Assembly: GCA_963712275.1 (NCBI GenBank)
Contig: CAVQHD010000001.1
Location: forward strand, 32,001 to 96,000
From: an uncultured Rhabdochlamydiaceae bacterium
GTDB taxonomy: Bacteria > Chlamydiota > Chlamydiia > Chlamydiales > Rhabdochlamydiaceae
Direction of reading: 5' to 3'
DNA length: 64,000 nt
In this document: positions 8,973-18,480 of the stretch, piece by piece
Layout: each line of letters starts with the position of its first letter
Position numbering within the stretch: position 1 is the first letter of the stretch
Position numbers and translations under genes: made by a program
Notes under the pieces: model-generated
Told to the model about the DNA's origin: nothing
The model's input: only the letters and a program-made list of their open reading frames with translations
Database searches by the model: none

Positions 8973-10294
8973 AACTCAGTCGCGTTTTTAGCCGCTTAAA
9001 CCCTGTCCGAGTCTGCGTCATCGGAGACTTCATGTATGATACCTATACAACAGGGAAAGTCCATCGCATTTCTCCAGAAGCTCCCGTTTTAGTCCTCAAT
9101 GTCCTCAAAGAGGAAGGGCGTCCTGGAGGGGCTGGCAACGTCGTGCTCAATCTAGTTTCTCTCGGTGCTCAGGTTGTTGCCGTTGGCCGTGTCGGATACG
9201 ATACTGCCGGAGAAAACATTATCAAATCGCTTGTTGCTGAGGGAGTTCACATCACTGGCATGATGACACAGCCAATGTACCAAACACCCGTTAAAAACCG
9301 ATTGATTGCCGACGCACAGCAAGTGCTCCGCGTCGACTTTGAAACAATCTCTTCAATCCCTGAGCAGTTGGAGCAGCAAGTCGTCGACAAGCTCCCTTCA
9401 CTCCTAGATGGAGTTGATATTATCGCCATCTCCGATTATGGAAAAGGGTTTTTATCCCACTCGCTTCTCATGGCTGTGATTGAAATGGCCAAAGCACGCA
9501 ATATCCCCGTGATTGTCGATCCCAAAGGAGACGATTTTAGCCGCTATCAAGGCGCTACAGTCCTCAAGCCTAACCTCAATGAAGCGCATGCTGCCGCCAA
9601 GCTCTCTCTTTCGACCCCTCTTGAACAAGTCGCCGAAACTCTCTTTAAGAAGGTCAGCACGGATCTTCTCATGATCACCCGCTCTGAAGCTGGCATCTCC
9701 CTTTTTTCCAGGGATGGACAGCGGCTCGATTTCCCTGTCCGTTCTAAAGAAGTCAAAGATGTCACGGGAGCTGGCGATACCGTCCTTGCCATGATTTGTG
9801 TAGCCCTCGGCAACAATCTAGAAATCTCCGACGCAGCTCAACTCGCCAATATCGCTGCAGGGATTGTAATTGAACAATTAGGATGTGTCCGGATTGCTCC
9901 TTCCGATCTTGCCAATCGACTCCTCGAGTTCGATGTCGACAATAAAGTCTTTGACGAAGACCATCTCTTTGCCCTGCAGCAAGCGCTTAAAAACAAACAT
10001 TATACGGTTCTCGGACTTCACAGCGCGCAAGGGATGACAACACCTCTTTTCCGCAGCATTCGCAAACTTGCAACACGAGATGCTGATTCGAAGCTCATTA
10101 TCTACGTTCGAGATTCCAACCCCGATGAAGAGTTTATCTCGCTCCTCTCCTCTCTTGCCGAAGTCGATTTCGTCGTTCTCAAGTGTGAAAGCTTAAAAAA
10201 CCTCTGCGAAATTATCCATCCCCAAGAAGTCTTTGTCATGGACCACCACACACTCACCCCCCTCGATCATTTTAAAGGACTGTTACTCAACTAA
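8966..10294 (+). CDS. hldE: HldE/RfaE heptose-7-phosphate kinase with degenerate C-terminal adenylyltransferase-like domain
   Basis: RISPEAPV, PGGAGNV, SDYGKG, VDPKG, DVTGAGDTV (PfkB); C-terminal part lacks the GCFD..HxGH motif. Confidence 0.85.
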   Translation: MVKLSRVFSRLNPVRVCVIGDFMYDTYTTGKVHRISPEAPVLVLNVLKEEGRPGGAGNVVLNLVSLGAQVVAVGRVGYDTAGENIIKSLVAEGVHITGMMTQPMYQTPVKNRLIADAQQVLRVDFETISSIPEQLEQQVVDKLPSLLDGVDIIAISDYGKGFLSHSLLMAVIEMAKARNIPVIVDPKGDDFSRYQGATVLKPNLNEAHAAAKLSLSTPLEQVAETLFKKVSTDLLMITRSEAGISLFSRDGQRLDFPVRSKEVKDVTGAGDTVLAMICVALGNNLEISDAAQLANIAAGIVIEQLGCVRIAPSDLANRLLEFDVDNKVFDEDHLFALQQALKNKHYTVLGLHSAQGMTTPLFRSIRKLATRDADSKLIIYVRDSNPDEEFISLLSSLAEVDFVVLKCESLKNLCEIIHPQEVFVMDHHTLTPLDHFKGLLLN

Positions 10295-10296
10295 TT

Positions 10297-10716
10297 TTAG
10301 CCAAGGCTTAAGTTCATTTTTTTTAAAGTGCGGTGCACCGTACTTCTGGAAATCGAATCAATCACTTCCAACTGGACAAGCCTTTCGCTTAACAATCTCA
10401 AAGTCCATTCCTTGCGGCCCTCCGGAGGAGCCCCACAACATAAGGCAACCAAATGAGCTTCTTGATCTCCATCAAGTTTCCTTGGCTTGTATTGTCGATG
10501 TTTCTTACGATAGAGGGCTATTTCCAGCCTATCATTGGCGAAGCGTTCTCTGACCCGATGCACTGTCCGTTCGTGGATATTTAAGTTGGCTGCAATAACT
10601 TTTGCCTTTAAGCCTGGCCCCTCTTCGCCCGAATCTGCCTGCAATAATATTCGAGCATGGGTGATCGTTTTTGCTTTCTGCTGTCCTTTATGAACAACTT
10701 CAAGTAACTGCTTCAA
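10297..10716 (-). pseudogene. Truncated IS630-family transposase (HTH orfA only)
   Basis: ARILLQAD, PRKLDG..EAHLVAL.C..PPEGR..WTLRLL; A8 slippery run (10317-10324) leads into -1 frame KNELKPWLK, then the sequence runs into the hldE 3' end, so the DDE orfB is missing. Confidence 0.85.
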
Positions 10717-10779
10717 TACATGAGTCTTGTTTTGTTTATTTCTTTAAATCTGGGATAATTAGATCATGGAGGAATAACC

Positions 10780-11031
10780 ATGACTGCGAAAGAACATTTA
10801 TCACGCATGACCTTAGATCTTCCTGAAGAAGATCTCAAAAGGCTCAAAGCTTTAGCAGCTATTCTTGGCAAGAGCATGCGAGAGATCGTTTCTAACTGGA
10901 TCCACGAGCATCTCTATAGCGCCAATTTGCCGAACAAGAAAACCTTACAAGCTATCGAAAGTGTCGAAAAAGGCAAAGATCTAATCGAGGCTAAAGATGC
11001 CGATGATCTTTTTAGAAAGCTGGGTATTTAA
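10780..11031 (+). CDS. RHH-type (RelB/DinJ-like) antitoxin
   Basis: N-terminal RMTLDLPE..LK.LAA..GKSM (RHH-like); C-terminal PNKKTLQAI...DLFRKLGI typical of DinJ-like antitoxins; RBS GGAGG. Confidence 0.75.
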   Translation: MTAKEHLSRMTLDLPEEDLKRLKALAAILGKSMREIVSNWIHEHLYSANLPNKKTLQAIESVEKGKDLIEAKDADDLFRKLGI

Positions 11032-11071
11032 TGCTAAAACTCACCTATCTAAGATCCTTTAATTACTATTT

Positions 11072-11704
11072 ATGACCCCGCAAAAATTTATGCTCTATCC
11101 TGAGCAAAAACCTTGTTCAATCGACGAGCTTGAAAAGAAGCTTGCCTACCGCCACATTCCATTGATCGAGTTTGAAAGTGCAAAAGAGCGAAAAGCCGTG
11201 CGCTTAAAAGGGCTTCGGCAAGAAAAAAAGGGAGAGATTCTCTCTTCGGTAAGACAGCTTGGACAAAAATACTATCCTCAAATTCTCCGCTCCTACATCC
11301 CTGAGGTCTCCATTCGCTGGGTTCATGCGTCCGTTGGATACGGTCTTTTTGCAGAGCAGCCGATTATAAAACATCACTATGTCGGCGAATACACCGGTAT
11401 TATCAGAAAAAATGATCGAAGATATTTTGAGCCGCTCAACAACTATTGCTACGAATATCCGGTTGCTGATGAAATCGGAAGAAACTATGTCATCGACGCA
11501 ACAGCGGGGTGCCTTACCCGCTTTATCAACCACAGCTCCGATCCCAATTTAAAACCCCTTTATGCCTACTGGAAAGGGTATTTTCATCTGATTTTTCTAT
11601 CCCTTCGCAAAATCGTTAAAGGAGAGCAATTTTCGTACGATTATGGAGAAAATTATTGGTATCTCAGAAAAAAACCAGTGAGTCTAAAAGGGAACATGTA
11701 TTAA
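11072..11704 (+). CDS. SET-domain protein-lysine methyltransferase (chlamydial NUE-like)
   Basis: GYGLFA, GEYTG, IDA, RFINHS..PNL, GEQFSYDYG motifs. Confidence 0.9.
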   Translation: MTPQKFMLYPEQKPCSIDELEKKLAYRHIPLIEFESAKERKAVRLKGLRQEKKGEILSSVRQLGQKYYPQILRSYIPEVSIRWVHASVGYGLFAEQPIIKHHYVGEYTGIIRKNDRRYFEPLNNYCYEYPVADEIGRNYVIDATAGCLTRFINHSSDPNLKPLYAYWKGYFHLIFLSLRKIVKGEQFSYDYGENYWYLRKKPVSLKGNMY

Positions 11705-11726
11705 ATTCTTTTCATGGGAAGGTGCC

Positions 11727-14693
11727 ATGTTAAATCTCGAGACTAAAGGCAAGCAGCTGCAAACTCTTTTGACGGATCTCCTAGAACTGCCCCTTGATCA
11801 TCAGTCGCCTGCTCTATCAAAATCTGCCCATGTAGAGGCAAGGATTGCCAAATTCAAACGACGATTCTACTCACGAATCGATGAACAAATCTTTGAAGAA
11901 GCGAAAGGGCTGCTTGCCCTTGCCGGACAAAAATTCACCCAGCAAAGATCGGCTCGCTTCCTCTCCCGCTTAATTCTCTCTCAGTACTTTATTCGCAAGG
12001 CTTTACTCAAAGCCATCACGGATGGTACAGGTTCCCGCTACGTTTTTCTTCGAATTTTATCTTCTCATCTGAGCTCCCCTTTTGCCTCAAAGAACGTCCT
12101 CGGAATCTTTATCGGCATCAATTTTTTACATAAATACGATGTCTTTACAGAAGAGCATCTGCTAAGAGCATTTCAAAAGCTTAAGCTCGACATTCAATGC
12201 ATCCCTGAAGGGCTCTATAGTTTTCAGCGTCAAGGAGAGCCTTTTAAATTTCTCTATGTGGAATTTGAGAAAAAGGGAAAAGAGCGCCTCTTGCTTGGTG
12301 AGATGAAGAAACTGCAGGAAAAGCTTAAAGAGGTCTTAGTGAATAGCGTTGAAAGACTTCAGCCCTCTGTCTTCATGGGAAATAACGCCGAGGAAATCAT
12401 TAAAAATATCTTGCTTCTCAGCAGGGAAATTCGGCTAGCTTCAGATCTTCCTCAAGCGATGATTCACTTTGATGAACAGACAGATAAAGAATTTTCCTTT
12501 CAGATCATTTTAGTCCATGTTTTTAAGTCTGAATTTTCACTTCAAAAATTGTTTGAAGAGCAAGGCGTAGCCTATTTGCTCAGGTGGTCTCAAATCGTCC
12601 GGTATCTGAGAAAAAAGCACCCCATTCAAGCCCATGCATTTAAGCTGCGCGTCGCCAAAACAGCTGAAATCGTGCGCTCAGACGGTTCGTTAAATTTTTA
12701 CGCAGCAAGGCATCAGATCACTGAGCTTCTAAAGCACGTGATAGGAGAATTTCGGGATTATAACGGAGGGCTCATCCTCAAGCAGGCGGAAACTTTAACT
12801 CAATTTAAACAACAATTTCATGAAATTCCTTCCGAGGTTCTTGAAAACTTCTTTTATGCATTAACACCGATTGAAGCCCAAGCCACTATTCCACTACACA
12901 GCTTGATCACACTTTTTCAGCTGTTCATTGAAGGGAAAAGAGAAAGCTTGCTGCGTCCTCAGGACTGTTTTGTGAAATTCTCCCACGAAGAGCATCAAAT
13001 CTATTGCATGTTTCAGGCTAAAGAAGCTGGACTTCTCGATTCTCTCAAAGCATGCCTGAAGGTCGACCCCTTGATCTCCATCCAATTGACTGAAGATAAT
13101 CGTATGTCGTTAGGATATCTTTTTGAATCTGAAAATGTTGAACTCGTCAGTATCTTCCAAGAAACCATCGATGCATGGAAACAAAAATTCGAAACTACAA
13201 AAACTCTACGGCTGGCCATTTCGTCAGGCTTTAACTCTTTAGATCCCCGTGTTCAAGGAGATGAAGGCAGAAAAGTGATTTTAAAGATGTTATTCGAAGG
13301 GCTTATGCGCATCGACTCGGCAGGCCAAGTCTCTCTTGGAGTCGCAAAAAACGTCAAGATCTCTAAAGATAGAAAAAAATACACCTTTAAACTCCGTTCT
13401 ACCCTCTGGTCGAATGGAACAGAGGTATCAGCAGACGATTTTGTCTATGCTTGGAAAACAGCTCTTTCCCCTCACTTTATGGCGCCTTCCGCCTATCTTT
13501 TCTATCCCATCAAACATGCCCACGAGATCAAAGAAGGCCGTTTGCCTTTAAGCATGCTAGGCGTCCGTGCTGTCGATGCAAAGACGCTGGAAATCGAACT
13601 GGAGTCCCCAATTCCTTATTTCCTAGAGCTGCTCGCTCAGCCTCAATTTTCTCCTGTACACTCAACCATCGATCAAACTCAACCAACCTGGCCTCATCAG
13701 GAAGGAGAAGGGTATGTTTGCAATGGAGCCTTTTTCCTCAAGAAAAACGATGTTTCCCAAGGGTATGAGCTTATCAAGAATCCGTCCTATCACGACGCTG
13801 CAAATATCCGTTTAGACAGAGTCTCGATTAAAAATACGCAGATCGGCGAGATCCGAGAGATGTTTCTAAGAGATGAAATCGACTGGCTGGGATTTCCTGC
13901 GGGAATGATGGATCTTCCTTTTTTACCTATCGACCAGGGAGAAATCATTGTTTTACCGAATGATTCTATCTATTCATACACTTTTAACACCCGCTCTTTT
14001 CCCTTTAACCACTGTAAACTCAGACAGGCTCTTGCCTTAAGTATTCGCCGCGCACGCATTTTGCAGGCACTGCCGCCCGGTCATTGGCCTGCTTTTACGA
14101 TTCTTCCTTTTCAACATTCAAGAGGGCCTTGGATGGAAGAGAGCCAGCAAAAAGGGATTGCTCTATTTAAAGAAGCCATGCAGGAACTGAATCTCAATCT
14201 ACCCTCATTTCCTCCTCTAAAACTTCTGCATGCTGAAGGGCAAACTCGAGATAAGATCGCTCAAATTCTCAAACAGGAATGGGAAGAGACATTTGGCATC
14301 CGGTGCTATATCGAAGCCTACAGCTGGAAAGAAATCTTCCGTCGACTCACGGAAGGAAATTTTCAGCTTTGTGGAATGAACTGGATCAGCCTCGTAGACG
14401 ATCCAAGCTATACCCTCCAGGTCTTTCACCACACGAGTCGATTCTATAACTTTCCAGGATGGTGCAATCAAACGTACGAAGAAATTTTGAATCGAGCAAA
14501 CGAGCAAAAACAGCCTTTAAAAAGGCTTGAGCAATATGCCTTAGCAGAAGAGATCTTTCTGCAAGAGGTCCCTGTCCTTCCTCTTATTCGTACGCTGCCT
14601 TACTCGATTAAGAAAAGTCGAGTTGACATGCTCAGTCACAGCTCGATGAGGAGTTGGGATTTTAAATGGGCATCTATTCGTAACAAGGAGTAA
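11727..14693 (+). CDS. Large fusion: about 490-aa unknown N-terminal region + OppA/SBP family 5 peptide-binding domain, no signal peptide
   Basis: C-terminal half has SLDPR, LFEGL, YTFKLR..WSNG..VSADDFVYAW, GVRAVDAKTLEIELESP.PYF, NGAF, FNTRSFPF, P.LPL motifs. Confidence 0.8.
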   Translation: MLNLETKGKQLQTLLTDLLELPLDHQSPALSKSAHVEARIAKFKRRFYSRIDEQIFEEAKGLLALAGQKFTQQRSARFLSRLILSQYFIRKALLKAITDGTGSRYVFLRILSSHLSSPFASKNVLGIFIGINFLHKYDVFTEEHLLRAFQKLKLDIQCIPEGLYSFQRQGEPFKFLYVEFEKKGKERLLLGEMKKLQEKLKEVLVNSVERLQPSVFMGNNAEEIIKNILLLSREIRLASDLPQAMIHFDEQTDKEFSFQIILVHVFKSEFSLQKLFEEQGVAYLLRWSQIVRYLRKKHPIQAHAFKLRVAKTAEIVRSDGSLNFYAARHQITELLKHVIGEFRDYNGGLILKQAETLTQFKQQFHEIPSEVLENFFYALTPIEAQATIPLHSLITLFQLFIEGKRESLLRPQDCFVKFSHEEHQIYCMFQAKEAGLLDSLKACLKVDPLISIQLTEDNRMSLGYLFESENVELVSIFQETIDAWKQKFETTKTLRLAISSGFNSLDPRVQGDEGRKVILKMLFEGLMRIDSAGQVSLGVAKNVKISKDRKKYTFKLRSTLWSNGTEVSADDFVYAWKTALSPHFMAPSAYLFYPIKHAHEIKEGRLPLSMLGVRAVDAKTLEIELESPIPYFLELLAQPQFSPVHSTIDQTQPTWPHQEGEGYVCNGAFFLKKNDVSQGYELIKNPSYHDAANIRLDRVSIKNTQIGEIREMFLRDEIDWLGFPAGMMDLPFLPIDQGEIIVLPNDSIYSYTFNTRSFPFNHCKLRQALALSIRRARILQALPPGHWPAFTILPFQHSRGPWMEESQQKGIALFKEAMQELNLNLPSFPPLKLLHAEGQTRDKIAQILKQEWEETFGIRCYIEAYSWKEIFRRLTEGNFQLCGMNWISLVDDPSYTLQVFHHTSRFYNFPGWCNQTYEEILNRANEQKQPLKRLEQYALAEEIFLQEVPVLPLIRTLPYSIKKSRVDMLSHSSMRSWDFKWASIRNKE

Positions 14694-14696
14694 CAA

Positions 14697-15065
14697 ATGT
14701 TATCTATTAAAACGAGTGATAATTTTCAAGAAATGATCAAAAAAGAGCAAGAAATTTTTGCTCACCCTGCGTGGCATGGAGAGATGATCGGGCTTGACTG
14801 TGAAAATCTTCTGAGAGGAAAGCCTACCTTCTCCTATTTACTACGCTCTGGAGAGGTCCGGTTCCACTACTATCTTTCCTACGTAGTAGAAAGCCCTTTT
14901 CAATATAAGCATCAGCCGTTCATGGTGTCTTTGGAAGAGTCCAGATTAGGCTGGGGCTATCGCAACCTCCATAATTGGTGGGCTTCTAAGTTGGAGGATC
15001 TCATTCCTCTGATCTTGCACCAACCTAAGGAACAATGCCTTCCCATTCTAAAGACCAACACTTAG
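14697..15065 (+). CDS. SH2-domain-like small protein
   Basis: WHG....CENLL......YLLRS....YYLSY pattern matches the SH2 signature (FLVR-equivalent Arg kept). Confidence 0.6.
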   Translation: MLSIKTSDNFQEMIKKEQEIFAHPAWHGEMIGLDCENLLRGKPTFSYLLRSGEVRFHYYLSYVVESPFQYKHQPFMVSLEESRLGWGYRNLHNWWASKLEDLIPLILHQPKEQCLPILKTNT

Positions 15066-16414
15066 ACCAGGGAATTTGGAAAGAGCTTTCATCTCTCTTT
15101 TTCCCAATTATTATAGGGCTGCTTGCTGGAAGCGTCGTTGGTCTTTTTGAACGCATTTGGCTAGCGCAGCACTCTATTGACAGCTGGAAAGGAGGGATGC
15201 AAGCTGTCTGCGCCCTTCAATTTTTTCAGATGTCATGCGTTGTATTTGCAAATATGACTCAAATCTTTGTCGGACAGCATCTAGGATTGAATGAGCCCGA
15301 AAAAGTGGGAAATCGGGTTTGGCAAATGATTTGGGTCTCTTTACTGCTTATGTTACTCATCTTCCCACTTAGCCTGATGATCGACCCTCTCATGTTCAAA
15401 GGAACAGAGCAAAGAAAGATTGCAAACGGATATTTTAAGATTTTGATTTCCGGAAACATTCTATTTCCTTTAGGGGCAGTCCTCTCCTCCTTTTTTCTTG
15501 CTCAAGACAAACGGTGGATCATTGTGTGGAGTGTATTAGGAGCATCTGGAATCAACATTCTCTTAAACTCCATCCTCATCTCTGGATTTCCTCCGATCTG
15601 CCCTCCTTTAGGCGCCATCGGCGCCGCTTGGAGCAGTCTCGTTTCTAAATTTGTCTTTTGCCTGATTCTCTTTTCAGGATTTCTCAGCCGCTTGAATCAA
15701 GCCCAGTATCATACATGGAAGTGGCAAGTTACATTGTCCTCTCTGTGGGAATGTTTCCGCATTTGTACGCCGCGAGCTACAGGCCGGGCTTTTAATCTTT
15801 TGGTGTGGACTGCGATTACCTCCGTGATGACGACAAAAGGAGGACATTATCTTTCGGTCTTTTCTATTGGAGCAACCTTAGCTCTCTTCAGCACTTTTCT
15901 CTCTGAAAGTTTGATTCAGTCGCTGAGCATCGTTATTTCACGCTATTTAGCATCCAAAGAATATTCAAAGCTGTGGAAACGGTGGCGTTTAGGAGTTTTC
16001 TTCGCCCTTTTCGTTGCTGCTGTTTTAGCGATCCCCTTTCTGGTCTTCCCTAAAGCCACTCTTTCTCTCTTTTTTTCTGAAATACCCCCTCACATTGAAA
16101 GTCTTCTTCAATTAACTCTTTGTTGGATATGGTGTTGGGTCCTTTTGAATGGCTTAAATGCCCCTTTTTTTGCACTCCTTTTAGCCGCCAAAGATACCTT
16201 CTACTACATGGTGCTTATGTCTTTGACCTGGGTAACGTCTTTCCTACCGATTTACTACGGATTTCACCATTTACAGTGGGAGCCCCATGCCTTTTGGCTT
16301 GTTTTAGTGATCGACCACGCGATCATCCTTTCCCTCAATACCTGGCGCGTTTATTCCTTGCGTAACACCTTTTTAGGAGTGACAAATCCAAACTCGGCAC
16401 GGAATGTGAGGTAA
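15035..16414 (+). CDS. MATE family transporter
   Basis: About 12 TM; FFP....L......ERIWLA, FVGQHLG, INILLN..LI.G...PPLGAIGAAWSS. Confidence 0.85.
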   Translation: MPSHSKDQHLDQGIWKELSSLFFPIIIGLLAGSVVGLFERIWLAQHSIDSWKGGMQAVCALQFFQMSCVVFANMTQIFVGQHLGLNEPEKVGNRVWQMIWVSLLLMLLIFPLSLMIDPLMFKGTEQRKIANGYFKILISGNILFPLGAVLSSFFLAQDKRWIIVWSVLGASGINILLNSILISGFPPICPPLGAIGAAWSSLVSKFVFCLILFSGFLSRLNQAQYHTWKWQVTLSSLWECFRICTPRATGRAFNLLVWTAITSVMTTKGGHYLSVFSIGATLALFSTFLSESLIQSLSIVISRYLASKEYSKLWKRWRLGVFFALFVAAVLAIPFLVFPKATLSLFFSEIPPHIESLLQLTLCWIWCWVLLNGLNAPFFALLLAAKDTFYYMVLMSLTWVTSFLPIYYGFHHLQWEPHAFWLVLVIDHAIILSLNTWRVYSLRNTFLGVTNPNSARNVR

Positions 16415-18232
16415 GATCTTAGCAATAAGATGTGCAGATTGTTTTGTGTTTGTAGACGATTCTAAAACGATCAAATCGACAGCTTGACGATGAGCAACAT
16501 CAAGAATGGCCTCTGCTGCATTTCGAGCTCTAATCACCTCTAAATGAATGGAAATACCCTGATCACGGGCAATCGCTTCAGCAGTTTTGAGAACTTGCCC
16601 CGCTGTTTGCACGCGATGGGGTAGCGATGCTTCAAGGGGGAGCGAAAATGGGACTTCGATAATATGAACAGCTGTGATCTCAGCGTGATGAAGTTTCGCT
16701 ATTTCAGAGGCGATCTGCATCAGCTCTATTTGATGAGCGCTTCGAAGCGGAAGCAAGATTTTTTGAATCTCAAAAGGACGCATCTTCGGAATCTTGATTT
16801 TTTCAATGGTGCTTTGCGCTGTTGGCGAAATCTGTTTTTTTCGCCGATAAACAAAGTACATGACAAGACCTACTAAAACCCAAGCAAACCCCAAATACCG
16901 CCCTTCGGGTTTTGTGATAATAATGAGCATCCAAACTGCAAAACTGCTAAGAGCACCTAGAACCGCAGGAATTGGGATCTCTTTTCCTTTTATTTTGATA
17001 TTCAGTGGGACTTTAAAAGGTCTTCGTAAATCGGGCTGTTTGATTCTTAAGAGAATCAGTGAAATTTGAGTTGAAAAAAAAGCAATTTGAGCTCCGAAGT
17101 TGTAGAGATCTGCTAAAAAGCTCATCCTTGCCTGGCTTAAAGCGACAATGATACAGGCCAAAAGGGCAAACAGCGCAAGGGCCGCATGCGGAGTCCGGAA
17201 ACGAGGGTGTAATTTATACAGAAAGCGAGGAAGCTGGTAATGCTCTCCCATATTGAAAGAAAGGCGAGAAGCCCCCATGAGCCCCGCATTGGCCGCAACA
17301 AAGAGCGTGACCGCCGCGAGAATTCCAACCCAAGGTAATAAAAAAGAGCTTCCCCAAGAAAAGTTCTGGACAATTCCTGCAATCGGCTGCTCTTCATATA
17401 CATGCCCTAGCTGATACGGCGTCAAAATAGAAAGCCCTACAAAAGATAGCCCCAAATACATGAAAACCAGAACACCCATTGCAATCATAATCGCCCGTGG
17501 CACTGTTCTCATAGGAGCTTTTGTCTCGCTACTCAGCTGCGCAATTGATTCAATCCCCGTATAGGCCACCATCGCCATGGCAGTCCCTTTGATGAACTGA
17601 CTCCATGTAGGAGAAGAATCGACTCCAGCTCGATTGATCGCAAGCTGTGAAAAAAATGTCGAGAAATTCTCTATTGTGAGCAGCCCCACCCCAATGATAA
17701 TCAGCTGGGTCAACACGGTAAAAATCATCAGAAAAAAACTGGTGCGCGTCGATTCTTTTGCTCCCCAAATATTGAGCACTAAAAGAATCAAAATCACACA
17801 AATGGTAAAAATAATTTGAACTGAATCTTCCTTCAGCTCTGGGAAAAATTGGATCAGGTAAGGGCCAATAGTGAAAGCAGAGATTGCAATCGTGACGATA
17901 TAATCGAGTAAAAGACCCCAGCCAGCAATAAATGAGATTAAATCATTAAAGGCATGCCTGGCATAGCTGGCAGATCCTCCCGACTCGTGAAACGTCGAGG
18001 ACATTTCAGCATAAGAAAGCGCTGTGCAAACAAACACAAAGCCAGCAAGAAGCATTGCCAAAGGGGTTGCGCCCAGAGCAAAAAAAGCAGTCACTCCCAA
18101 GGCATAGTAGATGGAAGATCCCAAATCTCCATAACCAATTGCAAACAGGTCAAAAACCCCTAAAACACGTTTAAGAGCTCCTCGATCCAGCTGAGCAATA
18201 TTTGAGCCCTTTTTAGGATGATTTGCAGCCAT
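16373..18232 (-). CDS. APC-family amino acid permease fused to C-terminal universal stress protein (USP) domain
   Basis: LKRVLG.FDL, SYAEMSS, SGGS..YAR.AF, YTGIES, RTPH, RPFKVP; C-terminal ILLPL...VHIIEVP...AEAIL..A....DLIVL. Confidence 0.9.
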   Translation of the reverse strand: MAANHPKKGSNIAQLDRGALKRVLGVFDLFAIGYGDLGSSIYYALGVTAFFALGATPLAMLLAGFVFVCTALSYAEMSSTFHESGGSASYARHAFNDLISFIAGWGLLLDYIVTIAISAFTIGPYLIQFFPELKEDSVQIIFTICVILILLVLNIWGAKESTRTSFFLMIFTVLTQLIIIGVGLLTIENFSTFFSQLAINRAGVDSSPTWSQFIKGTAMAMVAYTGIESIAQLSSETKAPMRTVPRAIMIAMGVLVFMYLGLSFVGLSILTPYQLGHVYEEQPIAGIVQNFSWGSSFLLPWVGILAAVTLFVAANAGLMGASRLSFNMGEHYQLPRFLYKLHPRFRTPHAALALFALLACIIVALSQARMSFLADLYNFGAQIAFFSTQISLILLRIKQPDLRRPFKVPLNIKIKGKEIPIPAVLGALSSFAVWMLIIITKPEGRYLGFAWVLVGLVMYFVYRRKKQISPTAQSTIEKIKIPKMRPFEIQKILLPLRSAHQIELMQIASEIAKLHHAEITAVHIIEVPFSLPLEASLPHRVQTAGQVLKTAEAIARDQGISIHLEVIRARNAAEAILDVAHRQAVDLIVLESSTNTKQSAHLIAKILPHIPCRVWICHS

Positions 18233-18260
18233 GTATTTGATATGGCATCCGAAAATTTAT

Positions 18261-18290
18261 TTGACAACTTATTTCAATCAGATGTACGCT
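18261..18290 (+). promoter_or_regulatory. Putative sigma66/70 promoter of lasso precursor
   Basis: TTGACA-N18-TACGCT about 50 nt upstream of RBS AGGAG (18330-18334) and ATG. Confidence 0.45.
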
Positions 18291-18339
18291 TCAAAGTGCT
18301 GCTAACGCAGCAAATTGTTATAAAAAAACAGGAGTTCTT

Positions 18340-18465
18340 ATGAAAAAACAAAAAAATGCTCAGAAAAAAGTGTCTCAAGTTGTTGTGCTAGGACAGGCCT
18401 CAAAACTGACCCTTGGACTCGTTGGCGCCCCAGCAGAAGGAATTACAAGGCATTATAACGCCTAG
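18340..18465 (+). CDS. Lasso peptide precursor (A), 41 aa: MKKQKNAQKKVSQVVVLGQASKLTL | GLVGAPAEGITRHYNA
   Basis: Translated by hand, absent from ORF track; RBS AGGAG; leader motif LGxAxxLT with Thr at -2, core starts with Gly and has Glu at position 8; adjacent to B, D and C genes. Confidence 0.9.
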   Translation: MKKQKNAQKKVSQVVVLGQASKLTLGLVGAPAEGITRHYNA

Positions 18466-18480
18466 TCGCTTGCTCACTAT

